From positions 1 through 55,418 of the forward strand of contig JBHHZP010000002.1 of the NCBI GenBank assembly GCA_046758085.1: 55,418 bases of DNA, read 5' to 3'. The notes beneath the pieces are model-generated. The model made no database searches, was not told the DNA's origin, and was given only the letters and a program-made list of their open reading frames with translations. Positions 48,246 to 55,418 of this stretch are shown one piece after another. Position 1 is the first letter of the stretch. Every line of letters starts with the position of its first letter. The position numbers were made by a program, and so were the translations under genes. The stretch comes from Acidiferrobacterales bacterium (lineage in GTDB: Bacteria; Pseudomonadota; Gammaproteobacteria; Acidiferrobacterales; SPGG2).

Positions 48246-50843
48246 ATGATGAAGAGTACCGAGATACGCAGTCGTTTCCTGGATTACTTTCGCTCGCAGG
48301 GGCACCAGATCGTGCCCTCGAGCTCGTTGGTGCCTGCCAACGACCCCACGCTGCTGTTCACCAACTCGGGCATGGTGCAGTTCAAGGATGTGTTTCTGGG
48401 CCGTGAGACGCGCTCCTACAAGCGCGCTGTCACCGCGCAACGTTGTTTGCGCGTAGGTGGAAAGCATAATGATCTCGAAAACGTCGGCTACACCGCGCGT
48501 CACCACACTTTCTTCGAGATGCTGGGCAATTTCAGCTTTGGCGACTACTTCAAGCAGGATGCGATACCGTTTGCCTGGGAGTTTCTCACCAAGGACATGA
48601 GGCTGGCGCCCGAGAAGCTCTGGGTCACGGTATACGAGGACGACGACGAGGCCGCCGACATCTGGCTCAAGGAGATGGAGGTTCCTCAGGAGCGGTTTGC
48701 ACGCATGGGTGCGGAAAGCAACTTCTGGGCCATGGGCGATACCGGTCCCTGCGGGCCGTGCTCGGAGATCTTCTACGACCATGGTCCGGATGTGGCCGGG
48801 GGGCCGCCCGGGACGCCCGAGGAAGAAGGCGATCGCTACGTGGAGATCTGGAACCTGGTGTTCATGCAGTTCAACCGGGACGAGCACGGCGAACTGCACC
48901 CGCTCCCGCGTCCTTCGGTCGATACCGGCATGGGCCTGGAGCGCATGGCGGCGGTCATGCAGGGCGTGCACTCCAACTACGAGATCGACCTGTTCCAGAA
49001 TCTGATAACGGCCGCCGCGCGGCTGGCGCGCGTCAAGGATACCGATAACGCCTCATTACGCGTGATCGCCGACCACATACGTGCCTGCGCGTTCCTGATC
49101 GCTGACGGTGTCATGCCTTCCAATGAAGGACGCGGCTACGTGTTGCGCCGGATCATCCGCCGTGCCGCGCGCCATGGCTACGAGCTCCGGCTGCGAGAGC
49201 CGTTCTTCTACAAGCTCGTGGGTCCGCTGATCACGGAGATGGGTGAGGCCTACCCCGAGCTGACGAAGGCGCAGACCCAGGTCGAGCGCGTGCTCGAGCA
49301 GGAGGAAGAGCGCTTCGGCGAGACGCTTGAACAGGGCATGAAGATTCTGGACGAAAGCCTGACGCGGCTTTCGGGCAACGAGCTTCCCGGCGAGACGGTG
49401 TTCAAGCTCTACGATACGTACGGCTTTCCGGTTGATCTTACCGTGGATTATGCGCGCAAGAACGAGGTGAGCGTGGATTTGGAAGGCTACGAGCGCGAGA
49501 TGGACGCACAGCGCGAACGTGGCCGCGCGGCATCGAGCTTCAAGGTAGGCATGAAAATGGACGGTGTGGATATCGAGGACGCAGAGTTCACGGGTTACGA
49601 GACCCTGAGCCACGGGGCTGCGGTGGAACAGATCTACGTGGAGGGGGAGCCGGCGGACACCATCGGCGCGGGTCAGGAGGGCGTTATCTATCTCGATCGC
49701 ACGCCGTTCTATGCCGAGGCCGGGGGTCAGGTCGGCGATCGGGGATGGCTTCGCACCAGGAATGCCCGCTTTGTGGTGAACGACACGCAGAAAGCACATG
49801 CGCATGTCGGCGTGATGGAGCAGGGCGAGATCAAGCTCGGCGAGCGTGTGACCGCTGAGGTGAACGCCAGCCGGCGTCAGGCCACGATCTATAACCACTC
49901 GGCCACGCATTTGCTGCACGCCGCGCTGAAAAAGGTCCTCGGCCCTCATGTCACGCAGAAAGGATCGCTCGTCGAACCCGCACGGCTGCGCTTTGATTTC
50001 TCGCATCCCGAGCCGCTGATGCCGGCACAGCTCGACGAGATCGAGCGCCTAGTCAACGATGAGATCCGTGCCAACCTCCCGGCGCAGACCCGTATCATGT
50101 CGCTTGAGCAAGCGCTCGAGTCCGGTGCCGTCGCCTTGTTCGGGGAAAAGTATGACGAGAAGGTGCGTGTCGTGGCGATGGGCGATTTTTCCACCGAGCT
50201 TTGCGGCGGTACCCACGTGCGCCGCACGGGCGATATCGGTTTTTTCAAGATCGTCTCGGAAAGCGGCATCGCGGCGGGCGTGCGTCGTATCGAGGCGCTG
50301 ACGGGACAGGGGGCGCTCGATTACGTGCACGACACCGAGGCGCGCCTCAAGCGCATCGCAGAGCAGCTCAAGGGTAGCCCCGAGGAAGTTGAGCGCAAGG
50401 TAGAGCAGTTGAACGCGCGCACGCGCGAGCTGGAAAAGGAGCTCAAAGCGCTGCGCCACCGGCTGGCGAGTGGCGGCGGCCAGGCGTTGGAGGAGCAGAC
50501 CAAAGAGATCAATGGCATCAAGATACTGGCGGCACGTCTCGACGGCGCCGATGCCAAGGGTCTGCGCGAAGCGGTGGACCGGCTTAAGGACAAGTTCGGC
50601 TCGGGTGCGGTGGTGCTAGGCGCGGTGCAGGATGAGAAAGTCATTCTGGTCGCCGGCGTAACCAAGGACCTGACGAAGCGGGTGCACGCGGGTAAGCTCG
50701 TGAACGCGGTCGCCAGCCGCGTGGGCGGTAAGGGCGGCGGGCGCGCGGACATGGCGCAGGCGGGGGGCGAGGATCCCTCGCAGCTGGATGCGGCGCTGGC
50801 CAGTGTCCCCCAGTTGTTGCAGCGACAGCTGGCCCAATCGTGA
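48246..50843 (+). CDS. alaS: alanine--tRNA ligase
   Basis: [43 protein letters not shown], editing-domain [13 protein letters not shown]. Confidence 0.98.
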   Translation: MMKSTEIRSRFLDYFRSQGHQIVPSSSLVPANDPTLLFTNSGMVQFKDVFLGRETRSYKRAVTAQRCLRVGGKHNDLENVGYTARHHTFFEMLGNFSFGDYFKQDAIPFAWEFLTKDMRLAPEKLWVTVYEDDDEAADIWLKEMEVPQERFARMGAESNFWAMGDTGPCGPCSEIFYDHGPDVAGGPPGTPEEEGDRYVEIWNLVFMQFNRDEHGELHPLPRPSVDTGMGLERMAAVMQGVHSNYEIDLFQNLITAAARLARVKDTDNASLRVIADHIRACAFLIADGVMPSNEGRGYVLRRIIRRAARHGYELRLREPFFYKLVGPLITEMGEAYPELTKAQTQVERVLEQEEERFGETLEQGMKILDESLTRLSGNELPGETVFKLYDTYGFPVDLTVDYARKNEVSVDLEGYEREMDAQRERGRAASSFKVGMKMDGVDIEDAEFTGYETLSHGAAVEQIYVEGEPADTIGAGQEGVIYLDRTPFYAEAGGQVGDRGWLRTRNARFVVNDTQKAHAHVGVMEQGEIKLGERVTAEVNASRRQATIYNHSATHLLHAALKKVLGPHVTQKGSLVEPARLRFDFSHPEPLMPAQLDEIERLVNDEIRANLPAQTRIMSLEQALESGAVALFGEKYDEKVRVVAMGDFSTELCGGTHVRRTGDIGFFKIVSESGIAAGVRRIEALTGQGALDYVHDTEARLKRIAEQLKGSPEEVERKVEQLNARTRELEKELKALRHRLASGGGQALEEQTKEINGIKILAARLDGADAKGLREAVDRLKDKFGSGAVVLGAVQDEKVILVAGVTKDLTKRVHAGKLVNAVASRVGGKGGGRADMAQAGGEDPSQLDAALASVPQLLQRQLAQS

Positions 50844-51128
50844 CACCGGCAAGACGCGGTATGTGAACTTTTTTATGCTGCGTGTGTAACGAGTCAGAAC
50901 AAGACTGCGGCTACACAGGGCGCCTGGGCGGTGTTATGGTGTGGCCGGTCCAAGGAACAAAGAAGCGTTGTAGTGTTGATTTCCCTCCGCAGCCTGTTTG
51001 TGCTGCGTGGTGCCATAGGCGGCTGACGATTCTCTTAAACGACTAAGGACGCGACTTGGGCTCACCCGCCGGGTGTTCCGCGCCTGGGCTGCTGTGTTTC
51101 CTTCATGATGAGTGAGTAGACAATTTCG

Positions 51129-52361
51129 ATGGCCCTTATCGTGCAAAAGTACGGCGGTACCTCGGTCGAAAGCACCGAACGCATCAACGCGGTCGCGGAC
51201 CGCGTGGCGCGCATGCGCGCGCAGGGGCATGATCTGGTAGTCGTGGTCTCGGCGATGGGCGGGGAGACCGACCGTTTGTACCAGCTTGCGACGGAGATTT
51301 ACGACGCGCCCCCGGCGCGCGAGCTCGATGTCCTACTGGCCTCCGGCGAGCAGGTGTCGGTGGCGTTGCTGAGTATGGCATTGTACCGGCGCGGCTGCGA
51401 TGCGCGCTCGTACATGGGACACCAGGTCCACATCCTGACCGACAATGCGCACGGTAAGGCACGCATCCGTGATATCGATGATGCGCGCGTACGGGGCGAT
51501 TTGGGTCGCGGCCGTGTGGTCGTGGTAGCCGGATTCCAGGGGGTCGACGAGGACGGAAACATCACGACGCTGGGCCGTGGCGGTTCCGACACCACGGCGG
51601 TGGCGATGGCGGCCGCACTCAAGGCCGACGAGTGCCAGATCTACACCGATGTCGACGGGATCTACACGGCCGACCCGCGTATCGTGCCCGAGGCCCGGCG
51701 GCTCAACCGCATCACGGTGGAGGAGATGCTCGAGCTGGCGAGCCTGGGGGCCAAGGTGTTACAGACGCGCTCGGTACAGTTCGCCGGCAAGTACCGAGTG
51801 CCCTTGCGGGTTCTGTCTTCGTTCGAGGACGGGCCGGGCACGCTTATTGCGTACGAGGAAGAAGCGATGGAGCAGGCACTGATCTCTGGTATCACGTATA
51901 CACGCGACGAGGCGAAGCTCACCATTATGGGTGTCCCGGACAAGCCCGGGGTGGCGTACAAGCTGTTTAACGACATCGCCGACGCCAACATTGACGTCGA
52001 TATGATCGTGCAGAACGTGGGCGCGGATGGGCTAACTGATATGACGTTCACCGTCCAACGCGCGGATTATGCTAAGGCCATGAAAATATTGAAAAATGTA
52101 GCCCGCGCGGTAGAAGCCCGCGACGTCGCGGGGGATGACAAGATCGTCAAGATCTCCGTAGTGGGCGTAGGGATGCGCAGCCACGCGGGTATCGCCAGCA
52201 CCGCGTTCCACGCGCTGGCGGACGAGGGCATTAATATCCAGATGATCTCGACCTCGGAGATCAAGATTTCGGTGGTCGTGGACGAAAAGTACCTGGAGCT
52301 GGGCGTGCGCGCCCTGCATAGTGCCTTCGGCCTGGATCAGGACGGGCAAGGCGCTCGTTAA
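51129..52361 (+). CDS. lysC: aspartate kinase
   Basis: MALIVQKYGGTSV, VVVVSAMGGETD, LGRGGSDTTAVA, C-terminal ACT domains. Confidence 0.95.
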   Translation: MALIVQKYGGTSVESTERINAVADRVARMRAQGHDLVVVVSAMGGETDRLYQLATEIYDAPPARELDVLLASGEQVSVALLSMALYRRGCDARSYMGHQVHILTDNAHGKARIRDIDDARVRGDLGRGRVVVVAGFQGVDEDGNITTLGRGGSDTTAVAMAAALKADECQIYTDVDGIYTADPRIVPEARRLNRITVEEMLELASLGAKVLQTRSVQFAGKYRVPLRVLSSFEDGPGTLIAYEEEAMEQALISGITYTRDEAKLTIMGVPDKPGVAYKLFNDIADANIDVDMIVQNVGADGLTDMTFTVQRADYAKAMKILKNVARAVEARDVAGDDKIVKISVVGVGMRSHAGIASTAFHALADEGINIQMISTSEIKISVVVDEKYLELGVRALHSAFGLDQDGQGAR

Positions 52362-52665
52362 CCAGACCCAAAATGTGGTCTGGCATGGAACGTGCATACA
52401 ACTAGGTGACGGCAGCGGGCGTATACTCGCGGCTCGTCGCCGCGGCGGGATGTATCCAGAGATTCCGCGGTTGAGACCGGATATAATGCTGTTTCGCCCC
52501 GACTAAAAGAATCCCGAGGAAGGGCACCTGCTGCCTACAAGCGGCAGGCGGAAACTACAACAGGGATCAAGAATAAGGACGGTCGTTTGAGGCCGTTCGA
52601 TCGTGCCGCCTTTTTGGATGTGGGTAAAGGATCGCTACTTGTAATAGCTAAAGGAGTACAGCACG

Positions 52666-52896
52666 ATGCTGATTCTAACGAGACGTATAGGCGAGACACT
52701 GAACATCGGGGACGACGTGCAGGTAACTGTGCTGGGTATAAAGGGCAACCAGGTGCGCATCGGCATTAATGCGCCTAAGGACGTTCCCGTCCACCGTGAA
52801 GAGATCTATGAGCGCATCAAGCGCGAGAAAGAGTCGCCCGTGACCGAGCCGGAGACCGAGACCCCGGCGATGCGCCAGGGTGATCACTCCGCCTGA
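52666..52896 (+). CDS. csrA: carbon storage regulator CsrA (with extended C-terminal tail)
   Basis: [51 protein letters not shown]. 76 aa in total. Confidence 0.95.
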   Translation: MLILTRRIGETLNIGDDVQVTVLGIKGNQVRIGINAPKDVPVHREEIYERIKREKESPVTEPETETPAMRQGDHSA

Positions 52897-52954
52897 TCTT
52901 GTCCTTTACGCCGCTTCGACCAGTGCGTATGCTCGCCAGCATACCGTCGATCAA

Positions 52955-53047
52955 GGAGAGATGGCCGAGCGGCTGAAGGCGCTCCCCTGCTAAGGGAGTA
53001 TGGGGTTGATAGCTCCATCGAGGGTTCGAATCCCTCTCTCTCCGCCA
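52955..53047 (+). tRNA. tRNA-Ser (anticodon GCU)
   Basis: GGAGAGATGGCCGAGCGG..., anticodon loop CTGCTAA, long variable arm, GGTTCGAATCC T-arm, encoded CCA. Confidence 0.9.
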
Positions 53048-53058
53048 GTCATTTGAGA

Positions 53059-53081
53059 AGCCGGCCCTAGGCCGGCTTTTT
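53059..53081 (+). terminator. rho-independent terminator after tRNA-Ser
   Basis: AGCCGGC-CCTAG-GCCGGCT stem-loop followed by TTTTT. Confidence 0.75.
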
Positions 53082-53140
53082 GATGTCCGGGTCCCGCCAA
53101 GTGTGGCCACTCATTGATATTGCGACTGCCGTCGCGAGAA

Positions 53141-53185
53141 TTGATGCAAAGCGAGAAAGTAGCTACAATCATCGAATGTAGCTAC
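53141..53185 (+). promoter_or_regulatory. candidate sigma70 promoter with two GTAGCTAC palindromes (likely antitoxin operator)
   Basis: TTGATG (53141-46), a 17-nt spacer, then TACAAT (53164-69). Perfect palindrome GTAGCTAC at 53159-66 and 53178-85, directly upstream of the antitoxin ATG (53199). Confidence 0.55.
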
Positions 53186-53198
53186 AAGTGATAACGGT

Positions 53199-53471
53199 AT
53201 GGAAATCTCGATTCGGGAACTCAAGAATCATCTGTCCAAGTATCTACGCCGTGTCGCGGCAGGTGAGGAAGTAATTATTACGTCCCACAATCATCCCGTG
53301 GCACGGCTCATCGCGGTTACAAAAAAGGGACGGGAGGCAAACGCGCTCGCCCGGCGATTGCGTGCGCTGCCTGGTGTTCGATGGAACGGCAAAAGGCCAC
53401 GCGGTGGCCAGTTGCGGCCCAAGGTTACCGGCAAGACGGCAGGGGATTTGGTCCTGGAAGATCGTCGGTGA
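53199..53471 (+). CDS. type II antitoxin, Phd/YefM-like N-terminal domain
   Basis: MEISIRELKNHLSKYLRRVAAGEEVIITSHNHPVARLI. The stop overlaps the toxin start (GTGA). Confidence 0.8.
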   Translation: MEISIRELKNHLSKYLRRVAAGEEVIITSHNHPVARLIAVTKKGREANALARRLRALPGVRWNGKRPRGGQLRPKVTGKTAGDLVLEDRR

Positions 53472-53899
53472 TTCTGTATCTCGATACGTCGGCTTTAGTA
53501 AAGCTTTACGTAAGCGAGGTACACGAAGACATTGTGCTCTCGGCTTTTCGCGAAGCGCAGATCAGAGCCACCCACATGCTTGCCTATGTAGAGGCGCGAT
53601 CGGCTTTTGCGCGGCTGCATCGTGCTGGGAAGTTGACCATACCCGAGTGGAAAGGTGTGCGCCAGGAGTTTCTTAGGGATTGGTCGAGTTATCTGCAGAT
53701 CATGGCTGATGAACCCAATATTGAGAGGGCCGCTGACCTGGTCGAGGATTTCGGACTTCGGGCCTACGATGCTGTGCATCTCGCCGCGGCGGATTATTTA
53801 CGGGCGAACGCCGCGACGGAGATCACGTTCGCCTGCTTCGACCGGCACCTGAATCGCGCCGCGAAAACGCTGGGGCTATATGTCCTAGCTGATGGTTAG
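53468..53899 (+). CDS. vapC: PIN-domain toxin (VapC family)
   Basis: VILYLDTSALVKLY, with later conserved acidic residues (YVEARS, AYDAVHLAAA, CFDRHL). GTG start in the frame of ORF 53381-53899. Confidence 0.8.
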   Translation: MILYLDTSALVKLYVSEVHEDIVLSAFREAQIRATHMLAYVEARSAFARLHRAGKLTIPEWKGVRQEFLRDWSSYLQIMADEPNIERAADLVEDFGLRAYDAVHLAAADYLRANAATEITFACFDRHLNRAAKTLGLYVLADG

Positions 53900-54117
53900 C
53901 AGAAATGCCAGCGACTGATGGTCGAGCCGGGTTCCTTTTGCCGTACGTCGGCGATCAGGGGTTTCAGGAAGACGGAAATCGAGACCAACGCGCCAGCCCC
54001 CATTCCCATGAGCACCGAGGACACCACCACGATCATCCAGGCGTAGCGGCTTTCCAAACCTGGCGGGCCTTTGTGGCTCATTATGTGCTTTGTTATTCTC
54101 CAGTTGGTGCTCGACAT
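53896..54117 (-). pseudogene. 5' remnant of an MFS-type transporter gene
   Basis: RYAWMIVVVSSVLMGMGAGALVSISVFLKPLIAD looks like TM1 plus the start of an MFS (oxalate/formate-antiporter-like) protein. Similarity ends near 53946, and the frame stops at the vapC stop. Confidence 0.4.
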
Positions 54118-54271
54118 TGTGCGCCGACGCTACTGACAAATCTACGGCGCAGCACCGGGCGAATCGCCAGTCGTCACCTGTCGCAGCCGCGGCAGGGGTT
54201 TGCTAATATTCGCGCCCTGATTCCTTCCCCCTCCCCACTCGTTGGGGACGGTCGGGGAGGAGTATCAATTC

Positions 54272-54348
54272 GCGCCCGTAGCTCAGTTGGATAGAGTACC
54301 TGGCTACGAACCAGGGGGTCGGGAGTTCGAATCTCTCCGGGCGCGCCA
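54272..54348 (+). tRNA. tRNA-Arg (anticodon ACG)
   Basis: GCGCCCGTAGCTCAGTTGGATAGAGTACCTGGCTACGAACCAGGGGGTCGGGAGTTCGAATCTCTCCGGGCGCGCCA, with anticodon loop CTACGAA. Confidence 0.9.
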
Positions 54349-54475
54349 ATCCGTTAACGCCTCGATTGTTCTAGGTTCACCCATAGGGAACTTGAACCTA
54401 TACTGGCTACAGGTGTCGTGATGCCTGTAGTCCACCTATGGGCCAGAGTCGTCTTGCGGTAGGAGGACTGAAACC

Positions 54476-54745
54476 ATGACGGAGAAGCGCACTGTAGAAA
54501 TCTTTGTTGCCGGCTGTCCGTTATGCCGAAAGACCGTTGATCTCGTTAAGCGCATCGCTTGTCCGTCTTGTGCGGTAGATGTGCTGAACATGAACGATCC
54601 CAACGTCGCAAGCCGGGCAATAGGGTTGGGCATTCAGTCGGTGCCTGCGGTGGTCATCGATGGGATGCTCGCCGAGGGTTGTGCCGGGCGCGGTGTGGAT
54701 GAGGCAACATTGCGTGCGGCAAGTGTGGGACAGCCAATTACTTAG
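54476..54745 (+). CDS. small thioredoxin-fold protein (CPLC motif)
   Basis: VEIFVAGCPLCRKTVDLV, a second CPSC, SVPAVVIDG. GGAGG lies 10 nt upstream of the ATG. Confidence 0.7.
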   Translation: MTEKRTVEIFVAGCPLCRKTVDLVKRIACPSCAVDVLNMNDPNVASRAIGLGIQSVPAVVIDGMLAEGCAGRGVDEATLRAASVGQPIT

Positions 54746-55188
54746 GCACACGCACCTTATGGAATTATCTCGAAGACAGGAGGTCAAGCAGGTCGCTTTT
54801 ACACAAGTGTCACAAGTGAATCAGAAATCTGAATGCAGCTAGACAACACTTGTAAATCTTCTCCTACCGCGTTATGGTGATCGGTGCCGCAGCAGATGGC
54901 GGATTGAACGCAAACCCAAACAAATGTCACCGACAGGCCCTCCCCAAATAACCACACAGGGGTCCCGCCGTCTGCTAGCTCTTTGAGCTTTCTTCTGAGG
55001 GGTCTTGCCCTCGATCTCAGGTGCGTTTCATCTTGGCCCAACATAAGCGTTAGGCGGCGTACCTTAAATAAATATACAAAAGCGAAGCTGTCAGGGTTTT
55101 CGCGTGACCTGAAAGCATCACAAGCGGTATTTCATCGGACCCAGTTCCACAAGTTTGGCAAAATCCGGCAGTTAACGTTTCTCCCGAG

Positions 55189-55211
55189 TTATTGGCCACC
55201 TTGGCCAATAA
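55189..55211. promoter_or_regulatory. operator-like inverted repeat TTATTGGCCA-N3-TGGCCAATAA
   Basis: Perfect 10-bp arms, 28 nt upstream of the ATG at 55239. Confidence 0.45.
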
Positions 55212-55238
55212 CAGTCAGTAGAAAAGGAGAGTTAAGAG

Positions 55239-55418
55239 ATGAAAAAGATCTATATGTTGCTGACGATGCCTGTGCTGCCCCTCATCTTTTCGGCCGCACC
55301 GACGTTTGCTTTTGAGTGCCCGAAGCACTTCGCTGAGGCGCAGGCCCTCATCGACAAGGTCAAGGGAGACATGGGTGGCGCCATGTCGAAACAGATGCCG
55401 AAGGAGCAGATGGCTCTC
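55239..55418 (+). CDS. secreted protein, 5' partial (runs off the window end), Met-rich after the signal peptide
   Basis: AAGGAGAG RBS, then MKKIYMLLTMPVLPLIFSAAPTFA signal peptide, then ECPKHFAEAQALIDKVKGDMGGAMSKQMPKEQMAL. No stop before the window end. Confidence 0.65.
   Translation, partial: MKKIYMLLTMPVLPLIFSAAPTFAFECPKHFAEAQALIDKVKGDMGGAMSKQMPKEQMAL

Noticed and set aside
50844-51128. Looked for a lysine riboswitch in the 285-nt lysC leader
   Set aside because: No recognisable L-box core (AGAGGCGC...GGGA...GCCGAAG...) was seen by eye. It remains possible and should be checked with Infernal/Rfam.
53048-54271. Classical tRNA-integrated genomic island
   Set aside because: There is no integrase or recombinase, and I found no direct repeat of the tRNA-Ser 3' end. 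It is treated only as a small TA-bearing insertion or rearrangement.
54799-55315. ORFs of 81 aa (-) and 110 aa (+) between the thioredoxin-like gene and the last partial gene
   Set aside because: They overlap each other, lack RBS motifs and have odd compositions (for example CCGTDHH). There is not enough evidence to call either.

Overview
This is a GC-rich chromosomal segment. Its gene order is the conserved kind seen in Gammaproteobacteria: tRNA-Glu/pcnB-folK-dNK-panB, queA-tgt-yajC-secD-secF, glyA-nrdR-ribD-ribE...ribBA-ribH-nusB-thiL-pgpA, and recA-recX-alaS-lysC-csrA-tRNA-Ser...tRNA-Arg. About 50 CDS and 4 tRNAs can be supported. I found no rRNA, CRISPR array, transposase or integrase. 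The housekeeping backbone is interrupted in several places. (1) Between secF and glyA sits a multi-TM coiled-coil protein plus a vWA-like lipoprotein. (2) A Hanks-type Ser/Thr kinase plus a secreted protein, on the opposite strand, split the riboflavin cluster. (3) After pgpA comes a CheR-like methyltransferase, a Sel1-repeat protein, a DsbA-like protein, rtcA and a DUF429 protein. (4) A VapBC cassette and a truncated MFS gene lie between tRNA-Ser and tRNA-Arg. The largest functional block covers 30.8-46.2 kb: ispG, dxs and a hopanoid locus (hpnH, GT2, sqs, shc, hpnG, hpnA). In that locus two paralogous exported alpha/beta-hydrolase-fold proteins bracket sqs; this is my best candidate for an undescribed functional module. 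At the nucleotide level two non-coding signals stand out. At least seven intergenic arrays have a 7-nt period, and several are arranged as inverted arm pairs. A ~190-nt dispersed repeat has two full copies and one partial copy. All calls rest on reading the sequence and on remembered family motifs. No database search was run, and start codons are often uncertain.
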